Below, one piece after another: positions 29,293-36,599 of a stretch of 64,000 bases of DNA; within the stretch, counting starts at the first letter, position 1, and every line of letters begins with the position of its first letter. The notes beneath the pieces were generated by a model, which worked only from the letters and a program-made list of their open reading frames with translations, made no database searches and had not been told where the DNA came from. The stretch covers positions 64,001 to 128,000 of IMG/VR virus record IMGVR_UViG_3300028182_000001; one strand, given 5' to 3'. The translations under genes and the position numbers were made by a program. The stretch is from a virus.

Positions 29293-29374
29293 GAAACACC
29301 TTGTACAGACTTGCTTATAAAGTGAGTCTGTATTATACTATAACTGTGACTATATACATAAAGGAGCTAGAACC

Positions 29375-30505
29375 ATGACAGTAGAAAACAGAAAGAAAAT
29401 TAAATTATTACAACCAAAACAAAGTATGTTATATCCTAGTAAAATCTTAGCGAATGACGGAGTTAATAGTCTGAACTGGAATGATATTCGTTTCCCTCAG
29501 TTCCACACATTCTATGACAAAATGTTGGCTAATTTTTGGCGTGCAGAATCAGTTAAAATGAGCAAGGACGACCTTGACTATAAATCAGCACCTGAGAAAA
29601 TTCGTAAAGCTTATAACTTAGGACTGGGTAACTTAACGGCAATTGACGTTGTACAGACCCGTATGGCAAACATTCTATCGTTAGCTATCACAGACCCTTC
29701 TATTAGCGCTTGTTACGCAGTAGCAGGACAACAAGAAGCAGTACATACCCAATCTTACTCGTACGCTTTACTGGACAAGCTAGACAAAGCAGAACAGAAC
29801 CGTGTACTACGAGAAGCAGTTGCCGATCCTGTAGCACAAGAACGTAATAGTTTAGTAATCGCAGTCCTAGAAGAGATGGAAGATGCTTATAAGCTCTATA
29901 CGTTCAACGAGATTACGGCTCAAGAGTTCTCTAAATACTTAGCACGAGGGCTAGTAGCGATGTCAGTACTAGAAGGAGTAAACTTCTACTCTACGTTTAT
30001 GATGTTCTACTATATCCAACATCGTTATAGTATCCTAGATGGTACAGTAAGTATCATTCGTTACATCCATAAAGACGAGTTCCAACATACTTATCTGAAT
30101 GGTCATACACACCGTGCTCTATTAACGGACTACAAGATGACTGAAGAGGAAGAAGCAGAACACATTGAGTGGGCTACTAACTTCATTAAAGAGAACGTTA
30201 AACGTGAGATTAACTACGGAATTGATTTATTCACTACAATTAACGTACGTCCTTCTGAAATTGAAACATATATTACTTGGTTAGGTAATGTACGTGCTCA
30301 ATCACTAGGTCTACCGTTACCGTTCCCTGATGAGAAGTTCGCTGCTAATGAGAATCCGATCCCTTGGATGAAAGCATTTGATGATAGCCGTTTAGACGCA
30401 GGACAGAAGCAGGACTTCTTCGAGAAGACTGTAACTCAATACGAGCAATCAACAGCTGAGAACACAGAGATGAACCTAGCAGATTTATCTAAACTTCAGT
30501 TCTAA
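29375..30505 (+). CDS. nrdB: Class I ribonucleotide reductase beta subunit
   Basis: NFW, D ligand, EAVH..SY (radical Tyr), LEGVNFYSTF, DEFQH, DFFE. Confidence 0.93.
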   Translation: MTVENRKKIKLLQPKQSMLYPSKILANDGVNSLNWNDIRFPQFHTFYDKMLANFWRAESVKMSKDDLDYKSAPEKIRKAYNLGLGNLTAIDVVQTRMANILSLAITDPSISACYAVAGQQEAVHTQSYSYALLDKLDKAEQNRVLREAVADPVAQERNSLVIAVLEEMEDAYKLYTFNEITAQEFSKYLARGLVAMSVLEGVNFYSTFMMFYYIQHRYSILDGTVSIIRYIHKDEFQHTYLNGHTHRALLTDYKMTEEEEAEHIEWATNFIKENVKREINYGIDLFTTINVRPSEIETYITWLGNVRAQSLGLPLPFPDEKFAANENPIPWMKAFDDSRLDAGQKQDFFEKTVTQYEQSTAENTEMNLADLSKLQF

Positions 30506-30510
30506 ATTAG

Positions 30511-30541
30511 AGAAGAGGAAAATTCCTCTTCTTTTTTTTTT
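30511..30541 (+). terminator. Intrinsic terminator
   Basis: AGAAGAGGAA-aa-TTCCTCTTCT followed by T-run. Confidence 0.85.
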
Positions 30542-30547
30542 GTATAA

Positions 30548-30580
30548 GTTGTTGACTTATAGGAAACAATGATATAAGAT
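30548..30580 (+). promoter_or_regulatory. Phage early-type promoter (GTTGTTGACT -35)
   Basis: TTGACT-17-TAAGAT. Confidence 0.7.
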
Positions 30581-30604
30581 AACGTTAACGATATAAGAGA
30601 GGGC

Positions 30605-31261
30605 GTGTTGATGATGAAACATGATATTGAGAAGTATGACAGAATAACGGTAACACAAGAAGACGTGGAGCGTTTATTTGCTTGGAGAGATAAGAACAAA
30701 GAGTTAGTTCGAAACTTTAGTCCAGTATTGGAAGAAGGTGTTATCATAAACTCTGTAACACCACTTGTAAGGTACGTGTTCAAGAAAGAGGGGGATAGAT
30801 ACCTATATAGTATCATTAACAAGTCCGATGACGTAGTATTGCACGCATTAATATGGGATTATACTACAGGTGAAGGTGTAACTGCCCACACAATACTGGA
30901 TAACAGTCAAGCAAAAGACTACAACGAAACACTTATCTCCTTACATGCATCTTTAATGGCATACATGGAGCACTACCAAGATAACGAAGAGTATGTACGC
31001 AGACAGACGAACTCCGTTGTGGTAGGTCATAAGAAGCATAAGAAGTCCAAAAAGAAAACACCGATTAAGATACGTAGGAAGGTTTACTCACTTACAATTA
31101 CAGAGGAGAGCTTAAACGAAGTTACACGATCCTACGAACGCCAAATTGATAAATGGACTGTAAGAGGTCATTGGAGAAAAACAAAGAATGGTCAAGTATG
31201 GATTAAACCTCATGTCAGAGGAGAAGGGAAAGAAGTTACACCAAAAGAATATAAGTTGTAA
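30605..31261 (+). CDS. Hypothetical protein with C-terminal VRGHWR...WIKPHVRG motif
   Basis: 218 aa, Lys-rich linker, basic His/Trp motif; exact start uncertain. Confidence 0.65.
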   Translation: MLMMKHDIEKYDRITVTQEDVERLFAWRDKNKELVRNFSPVLEEGVIINSVTPLVRYVFKKEGDRYLYSIINKSDDVVLHALIWDYTTGEGVTAHTILDNSQAKDYNETLISLHASLMAYMEHYQDNEEYVRRQTNSVVVGHKKHKKSKKKTPIKIRRKVYSLTITEESLNEVTRSYERQIDKWTVRGHWRKTKNGQVWIKPHVRGEGKEVTPKEYKL

Positions 31262-31265
31262 AAAA

Positions 31266-31299
31266 GTTGTTGACTAAAAGACAACCTACATGCTATAGT
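31266..31299 (+). promoter_or_regulatory. Phage early-type promoter
   Basis: GTTGTTGACT-18-TATAGT with TG. Confidence 0.7.
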
Positions 31300-31323
31300 A
31301 AGTACAGAAGTTAAGAAAAGGAG

Positions 31324-31557
31324 ATGTTACAAATGAAAATAAACGAAACAGTTTATGTGAATGGTAACTTAGAGTACGCATCTGAGGATGGTGCAATCTA
31401 CGTAGTTATTGAACACGGTACAGGAGACATAATAGGTTTGGAGTATAATGACGCTACTGTCCACACTCTATACTCATTCATGTCAAAAGTAAAGTCTGCG
31501 TACAATAGACGTGCAACAAAACAAGCATTAGAAAATATATCAATAGGAGGAGAGTAA
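31324..31557 (+). CDS. Hypothetical protein
   Basis: AAGGAG RBS; start may be the second ATG. Confidence 0.65.
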   Translation: MLQMKINETVYVNGNLEYASEDGAIYVVIEHGTGDIIGLEYNDATVHTLYSFMSKVKSAYNRRATKQALENISIGGE

Positions 31558-31558
31558 C

Positions 31559-31837
31559 ATGAGATACACGTTAAAGAAAGCTTTAGTTGCTAGTAGAACT
31601 TCAAGTAGTGGACGAGTTGGTACTCCGATTCTAGGGTACTCTTTGCTAGATAGCGAAACAGGAGAAGTGAGTATCTATAGTAAATATGACGCTTACCGAT
31701 TCGTAAAGTACCACAAAGCTACAAACTGCGAAGCAAAGACACGTACGATGGTGGTAGACGGGGAAAGTGAAACAATCTATTACTTAAAACCAAATGACGG
31801 AACAAAAATGAACGAATATCTATTATCAGTAGAATAG
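31559..31837 (+). CDS. Hypothetical protein
   Basis: AGGAGG RBS, 92 aa. Confidence 0.7.
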   Translation: MRYTLKKALVASRTSSSGRVGTPILGYSLLDSETGEVSIYSKYDAYRFVKYHKATNCEAKTRTMVVDGESETIYYLKPNDGTKMNEYLLSVE

Positions 31838-31849
31838 GAGGAGAATAAT

Positions 31850-32164
31850 ATGGCTAAAAGACGTTGGAGTTGTGAAAATTGTGGGTACAACGAGATAGTT
31901 GATGCTCACGCAACATTTGTATTATGTCCTGAGTGCGACTCAATAAGATTCGACCACGGTAGTATCATCGAAGATTACGATAATCTAGCCGATCCTAACA
32001 CTACGTTTGAGGACGAGTTCGGAGCAAGGTTGGTAGTGGTTAACGATATAGATGACGAAGGTGACATTAACATACTACCTTCGGATAATAACATGTTTTT
32101 TAGTAGAGAGAACGCTATTGCATTAGCAAAACATATTTTAAGAGTTTGTGGGGAGGAAGAATAA
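31850..32164 (+). CDS. Zinc-ribbon protein
   Basis: CENC...CPEC; AGGAGG RBS. Confidence 0.7.
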   Translation: MAKRRWSCENCGYNEIVDAHATFVLCPECDSIRFDHGSIIEDYDNLADPNTTFEDEFGARLVVVNDIDDEGDINILPSDNNMFFSRENAIALAKHILRVCGEEE

Positions 32165-32165
32165 T

Positions 32166-32288
32166 ATGGTTGAGAAAGTTAAAAAATTAATTAGAGATTA
32201 CGAGAGTGGTCAAACAAGATTGAATATTTACGACTTAGCTTTCATGTTAAAAGAAATCGCAGAAGATAAATTGAAGGAGGAAGAATAA
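32166..32288 (+). CDS. Small 40 aa protein, not in the ORF track
   Basis: GGAGG RBS; MVEKVKKLIRDYESGQTRLNIYDLAFMLKEIAEDKLKEEE fills the gap exactly. Confidence 0.65.
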   Translation: MVEKVKKLIRDYESGQTRLNIYDLAFMLKEIAEDKLKEEE

Positions 32289-32289
32289 A

Positions 32290-33075
32290 ATGAATAAAGC
32301 AATGGCACTTAAAAAAATGCAAACTGTACTAGCGGAGATGACGTTCCCTTGGGTATCAGAAAGAACGATCCTATTACTACCTTATGGAAGCCGCTTGTAT
32401 GGAACTGACACACTTGAGTCTGACTGGGACTTCAAAGGGGTGTGTATCCCTCCTAAAGATTTCTACTTAGGACTGAATACGTTTAATGAATTTAACAACA
32501 CTGGTGGAAAGACATTTAAAAATACCAAAGAAGATGTAGATGTAAACATCCTACATATCAGTAAGTTCGTTAAGGACGCTATGCAAGGTGTACCTAACAA
32601 TATCGAAATGCTATTTGCTAGACCTGAAGACTATATCAAAGTGACAGAACTTGGACAAGTCCTGCTAGATAACCGTCATTTATTCCTATCTAAACAAATC
32701 ATGAGAAAATTTGGCGGGTATACTACATCCTTAGTGAACAAGCTGAAAAATGGTGCAGGGCGTACCGAACTAATTGAAGCACATGGATATGACACAAAGA
32801 ATTTTATGCAAGGTGTTAGACTGTTAATCTCTGCAATCGAAATCTTAGAAACTGGTGATTACAGCACATACCGTACTGAGCAAGATTTCTTACTAGGTTG
32901 CCGAGGTGGAGATTACACGCTTAGACAAGCGCTAGGTGTCATCGAATACCATGAGGAAAGACTACAAGAAGCTTATGAGAAATCTGAGCTACCTGATAAA
33001 CCTGATTATGATAAGGTTAACAACATGTTAATGGGGATCAATGAAGACGCACTAAAATTCGGTATCCACCAATGA
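32290..33075 (+). CDS. Pol-beta superfamily nucleotidyltransferase (YcgL/RlaP-like, RNA-repair-associated family)
   Basis: YGSRLYGT...SDWDFKGV motif, PNNIEML, GYDTK, helical C-terminus ending LPDKPD. Confidence 0.85.
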   Translation: MNKAMALKKMQTVLAEMTFPWVSERTILLLPYGSRLYGTDTLESDWDFKGVCIPPKDFYLGLNTFNEFNNTGGKTFKNTKEDVDVNILHISKFVKDAMQGVPNNIEMLFARPEDYIKVTELGQVLLDNRHLFLSKQIMRKFGGYTTSLVNKLKNGAGRTELIEAHGYDTKNFMQGVRLLISAIEILETGDYSTYRTEQDFLLGCRGGDYTLRQALGVIEYHEERLQEAYEKSELPDKPDYDKVNNMLMGINEDALKFGIHQ

Positions 33076-33314
33076 ACACGATGTACGTATGGGAAATACT
33101 ATACAAACAAGGGGAGAAAGCAAAGTCGGTCACACTAAATGGGATTAATCCTATTAAAGTAGTAGAGACATTACAACGTATACAGTACGATAAAAGTATG
33201 AGGATAGTAGTTTACTGCGTGGATGCAGTAGGGCACATCAATAAATCGACTGGTGAGATTGTAACACTACCGCTAATGTTCGAAGGTAAGAAAGCAAAAT
33301 ATAGTACTAAGTAG
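33072..33314 (+). CDS. Hypothetical protein
   Basis: ATGA overlap with the upstream gene. Confidence 0.65.
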   Translation: MNTMYVWEILYKQGEKAKSVTLNGINPIKVVETLQRIQYDKSMRIVVYCVDAVGHINKSTGEIVTLPLMFEGKKAKYSTK

Positions 33315-33342
33315 AGCAGGTTTCCGCAACCTGTTCTTTTTT
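33315..33342 (+). terminator. Intrinsic terminator
   Basis: AGCAGGTT-tccgc-AACCTGTT followed by CTTTTTT. Confidence 0.75.
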
Positions 33343-33417
33343 CTGTTTATGGTATAATTAAGGTAACGGTATACCAATCATTGTTGTGTCTGAAAATTCA
33401 GAATTGGAGAGATAAAC

Positions 33418-33465
33418 ATGGAATATACAAATTGGCAAGAAGAAATTGGACGAGGTGAAATCTAA
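33418..33465 (+). CDS. Candidate 15 aa leader peptide (MEYTNWQEEIGRGEI)
   Basis: GGAGAG upstream; its TAA overlaps the ATG of the next gene (TAATG). Confidence 0.35.
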   Translation: MEYTNWQEEIGRGEI

Positions 33466-34223
33466 TGGCTAGAAAGAAATCATTAAATATCTTTAATACA
33501 GATAGAGCATACAATATTAACTTAACTACAGTACAAGAGGAAGGTAGTTTCATTAAAGTTACAAAATTGAACGAAGAAGAAATCGAACAAGAGATGGATC
33601 AGTTAAAAGAAGAATCGGTTCGATTTAATATGCGTAACGATAAAAGGTACCTCCTATTTAAACAGCGATACGCTAACGATACATTACACGAGAAGATTAT
33701 TAATCACGGTGGCTACATTAAATATTACAGTGACGGTAGAGTGCCGATCCCTGTAATCAATCAGTTATCCAGTGTACCACAATCAGAAGTAATTTACTTA
33801 TGTAAGAAAGAGCATACAATTGATGACGTATTGAATGTGCAACTAGCATCTATGGCAACGAGTGTCGTAGTAGATGTACCGATTGTACTTCCCGATATCA
33901 ACGTGTACGATTATCTATTCTCGTTGTATCCACTACGCTATCATGTGGACAAGGTTAGAATTTCCTTCCCTCCTTTACGAGAAGATGAGATACAGGATCG
34001 ACATAAAAAGTTCTACACACTTTATAATGGTATGTATCATCTCAAAGCAAAATACAAATACCAATGTTTCTGCTACCTACAGGAGCCACTATCAACATGG
34101 AAAATGAATATTTGGCTTACGTGTGATTCTCAGAAAGATAAGAAGATGGTAGAGGACTTAGTACTAAAAGATAATAAGCGTTTCAGACGTATGGAGAATC
34201 CTTTCGTAACGGAGGGAAACTAG
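33465..34223 (+). CDS. Conserved hypothetical protein
   Basis: GAGGTG RBS; 252 aa preceding the HU-like gene. Confidence 0.7.
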   Translation: MARKKSLNIFNTDRAYNINLTTVQEEGSFIKVTKLNEEEIEQEMDQLKEESVRFNMRNDKRYLLFKQRYANDTLHEKIINHGGYIKYYSDGRVPIPVINQLSSVPQSEVIYLCKKEHTIDDVLNVQLASMATSVVVDVPIVLPDINVYDYLFSLYPLRYHVDKVRISFPPLREDEIQDRHKKFYTLYNGMYHLKAKYKYQCFCYLQEPLSTWKMNIWLTCDSQKDKKMVEDLVLKDNKRFRRMENPFVTEGN

Positions 34224-34224
34224 T

Positions 34225-34524
34225 ATGACGGTGAATAGAAAAGAGATTGCAAGACGTGCGGCCCACATCGGTAACTACGATATCGGTGGGACAGAAGAAC
34301 TAACAAAGATAATCGAAGATGTTATCGTTAGTGCCCTAGCAAACGGGGAAAGTGTGAAGTTCGGTAAAGTATGTAAATGGGATATCGAGGAAGTACCTGA
34401 GAAGAGAGCATACGATGGTCTAAATAAAAAGTATTTTACTAGACCAGCGAAGCGCATACCGAAATACAAGCCACTAAAACGACTTACAGATATTGAGCTG
34501 CCAGTACAAAAGAAAGAGGAGTAA
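34225..34524 (+). CDS. HU/IHF-like DNA-binding protein (TF1-like)
   Basis: NRKEIARR...ALANGESVKFG...PAKRIPKYKP..L fold signature. Confidence 0.8.
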   Translation: MTVNRKEIARRAAHIGNYDIGGTEELTKIIEDVIVSALANGESVKFGKVCKWDIEEVPEKRAYDGLNKKYFTRPAKRIPKYKPLKRLTDIELPVQKKEE

Positions 34525-34540
34525 CGATCCTCTTTTTTCT
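34513..34540 (+). terminator. Intrinsic terminator
   Basis: AAAGAGGA-gtaacga-TCCTCTTT followed by T-run. Confidence 0.75.
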
Positions 34541-34550
34541 TTGTAATTTA

Positions 34551-34582
34551 TTGTTGACTTATAGACAAAGTTACAGTAATAT
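34551..34582 (+). promoter_or_regulatory. Early-type promoter of the methyltransferase pair
   Basis: TTGTTGACT-17-TAATAT. Confidence 0.7.
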
Positions 34583-34625
34583 TATCTACAGATACAGAAT
34601 ACATTATTAAGTTGAGGAGGTAATC

Positions 34626-35648
34626 ATGGACGAACTAAGAGTAGTAGAACTGTTTGCAGGATACGGTAGCCAATCAATGGCACTGAAACGAGCAAACATC
34701 AATTATAAAACTGTAGCGATTGCAGAGATTGATAAGGACGCACTGGTTTCTTATGAAGCAATCCACGGCAAACCAAATAACCTTGGAGACATTACCAAGG
34801 TAAGAGGAGAAGACGTTCCTGACCACGACTTCATGACGTATTCATTCCCTTGTACAGACATCTCTGTATCAGGTGCGATGAAAGGTCTATTGGAAGGTTC
34901 AGGTACAAGCTCTAGTACGTTATGGGATGTAAAGAGAGTAATAGAAGCGAAGAAACCTAGATTCCTAATGATGGAAAACGTAGACAACCTTGTTATCAAA
35001 TTCATGGACGACTACCTACTATGGTTAAAGTACCTAGAATCACAAGGGTATGCTACATCGTGGAAAGTTATTGACGCATCTCCTTACGTACCACAAAGAC
35101 GTAAACGTGTTATAGCAATCTCTCGATTAGATGGACAGGCATTCCCGTTCCCTGAAGACCCTACGGAGCGTACATATGATTTAATAGACGTGCTAGAGGA
35201 GTTCGATGATGCAGAAGCATTAGAGAGCTTTAAAGACCCTACAGTGCGAAGTGCTACAGTAGACCCTGTTACATATTATAACCCGAATTCAGATTACTAT
35301 AAACTGCAACCTGAGAATAGTAGAGCATCATTCATTGGATACATAGGGAACCAACCGAAACAGGCTACACGAGTATATGAACCTATCACGGCTTCAACGT
35401 TGACTGCTAATGGTGGCGGCCAAGGTGGGAAGACAGGTCTGTATCACCTAGGTACGCATATCCGAAATCTTAGTCCGTTAGAAGCGTGGCGCATCATGGG
35501 TGTGAGTGACGAGGACTTCTACAAGGCAAAAGCAACAGGTATCAAGAAGACCCAACTACTACGTCAAGCAGGGAACTCTATCGTAGTTGATATCATGGTA
35601 CCAATATTTGAAAAGCTCTTTAAAGATTATATGAAGGAGACAAAATAA
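34626..35648 (+). CDS. DNA (cytosine-5) methyltransferase 1
   Basis: ELFAGYGS (I), SFPC (IV), MENV (VI), PQRRKR (VIII), variable region, R.LSPLEAWRIMG (IX), QAGNSI (X). Confidence 0.93.
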   Translation: MDELRVVELFAGYGSQSMALKRANINYKTVAIAEIDKDALVSYEAIHGKPNNLGDITKVRGEDVPDHDFMTYSFPCTDISVSGAMKGLLEGSGTSSSTLWDVKRVIEAKKPRFLMMENVDNLVIKFMDDYLLWLKYLESQGYATSWKVIDASPYVPQRRKRVIAISRLDGQAFPFPEDPTERTYDLIDVLEEFDDAEALESFKDPTVRSATVDPVTYYNPNSDYYKLQPENSRASFIGYIGNQPKQATRVYEPITASTLTANGGGQGGKTGLYHLGTHIRNLSPLEAWRIMGVSDEDFYKAKATGIKKTQLLRQAGNSIVVDIMVPIFEKLFKDYMKETK

Positions 35649-35649
35649 T

Positions 35650-36315
35650 ATGACAAAGAAGAAACTAAAAGTACTAGAATTATTTGCTGGCACGAGGTCA
35701 GTAGGTAAAGCATTCGAAGCACAGGGACACGAGGTATATAGTGTTGAGTGGGATCAGAAACATCCAGGAATCCATTGGTACGCAGATATATCGAAAATCA
35801 CTGCACAGGAAATCATCGAACGCTTTGGTAAACCTGATATCATTTGGGCTAGTCCTGATTGTACAAGCTACTCAGTAGCAGGTATCTCGCATCACCGTAG
35901 AAAGGATGACGATGGTAACTTACGTCCTATTAGTGAGTATGCCCAATTCTGCGACACTACAAACCAACACGTAGTAGATTTAATTCGAGAACTTCAACCG
36001 AAGTACTACTTCATTGAGAATCCTCGTGGTGGAATGAGAAAGATGAACTTCATGCAGGATGACGCATTACCGAATGGTGGTAAACGTTACACAGTTACAT
36101 ATTGCCAGTACGGGGACACTCGTATGAAGCCAACTGACTTATGGACTAACCATCCTGAGCCGAAGTTTAAAGAGCCTTGTAAAAATGGTATGCCTTGTCA
36201 CGTAGCTGCCCCTCGTGGAAGCGCAACAGGTACACAAGGTATAAAAGGGTCTGTAGACCGTTCACGCATCCCTGAGGAGCTATGCAACCACGTAGCGAAG
36301 ATTTCTGAAGAGTAA
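35650..36315 (+). CDS. Short DNA (cytosine-5) methyltransferase-like protein 2
   Basis: ELFAGTRS (I), WASPDC (IV), IENP (VI), YCQYG...KPT, C-terminal RSRIP; only 221 aa. Confidence 0.8.
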   Translation: MTKKKLKVLELFAGTRSVGKAFEAQGHEVYSVEWDQKHPGIHWYADISKITAQEIIERFGKPDIIWASPDCTSYSVAGISHHRRKDDDGNLRPISEYAQFCDTTNQHVVDLIRELQPKYYFIENPRGGMRKMNFMQDDALPNGGKRYTVTYCQYGDTRMKPTDLWTNHPEPKFKEPCKNGMPCHVAAPRGSATGTQGIKGSVDRSRIPEELCNHVAKISEE

Positions 36316-36321
36316 AAGATT

Positions 36322-36348
36322 GAGAGGTGTAACAACCTCTCTTTTTTT
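36322..36348 (+). terminator. Intrinsic terminator
   Basis: GAGAGGT-gtaaca-ACCTCTC followed by T-run. Confidence 0.8.
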
Positions 36349-36360
36349 GTGTCTATTATC

Positions 36361-36392
36361 TTGTTGACTTATAGTGTATGATATAGTACTAT
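36361..36392 (+). promoter_or_regulatory. Early-type promoter
   Basis: TTGTTGACT-17-TACTAT. Confidence 0.6.
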
Positions 36393-36425
36393 TATAGAAG
36401 ATTATATGGAGGAGGAGAGGACATT

Positions 36426-36584
36426 ATGCCAAAGTTTTTGCAACTTGTTTTATGTGGATTACTTTTAGCAGGAGGGACAGACGACTGGATTAAAGATAGT
36501 ATCCCGTCCGCCGTGTTCTTCTATGTTGTAGGTATAGGGCTACTGATTCATTTGTTTTTCCGATTCCTAGATGAACAGTACTAA
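36426..36584 (+). CDS. Small (52 aa) membrane protein, not in the ORF track
   Basis: GGAGGAGGAGAGG RBS; two hydrophobic segments; TAA at 36582-36584. Confidence 0.65.
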   Translation: MPKFLQLVLCGLLLAGGTDDWIKDSIPSAVFFYVVGIGLLIHLFFRFLDEQY

Positions 36585-36599
36585 TAAGGAGGACGTAAC

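Noticed and set aside
29375-30505. Metal-free class Ie RNR beta subunit
   Set aside because: Canonical carboxylate and His ligands are present (D, EAVH, LEG, DEFQH)
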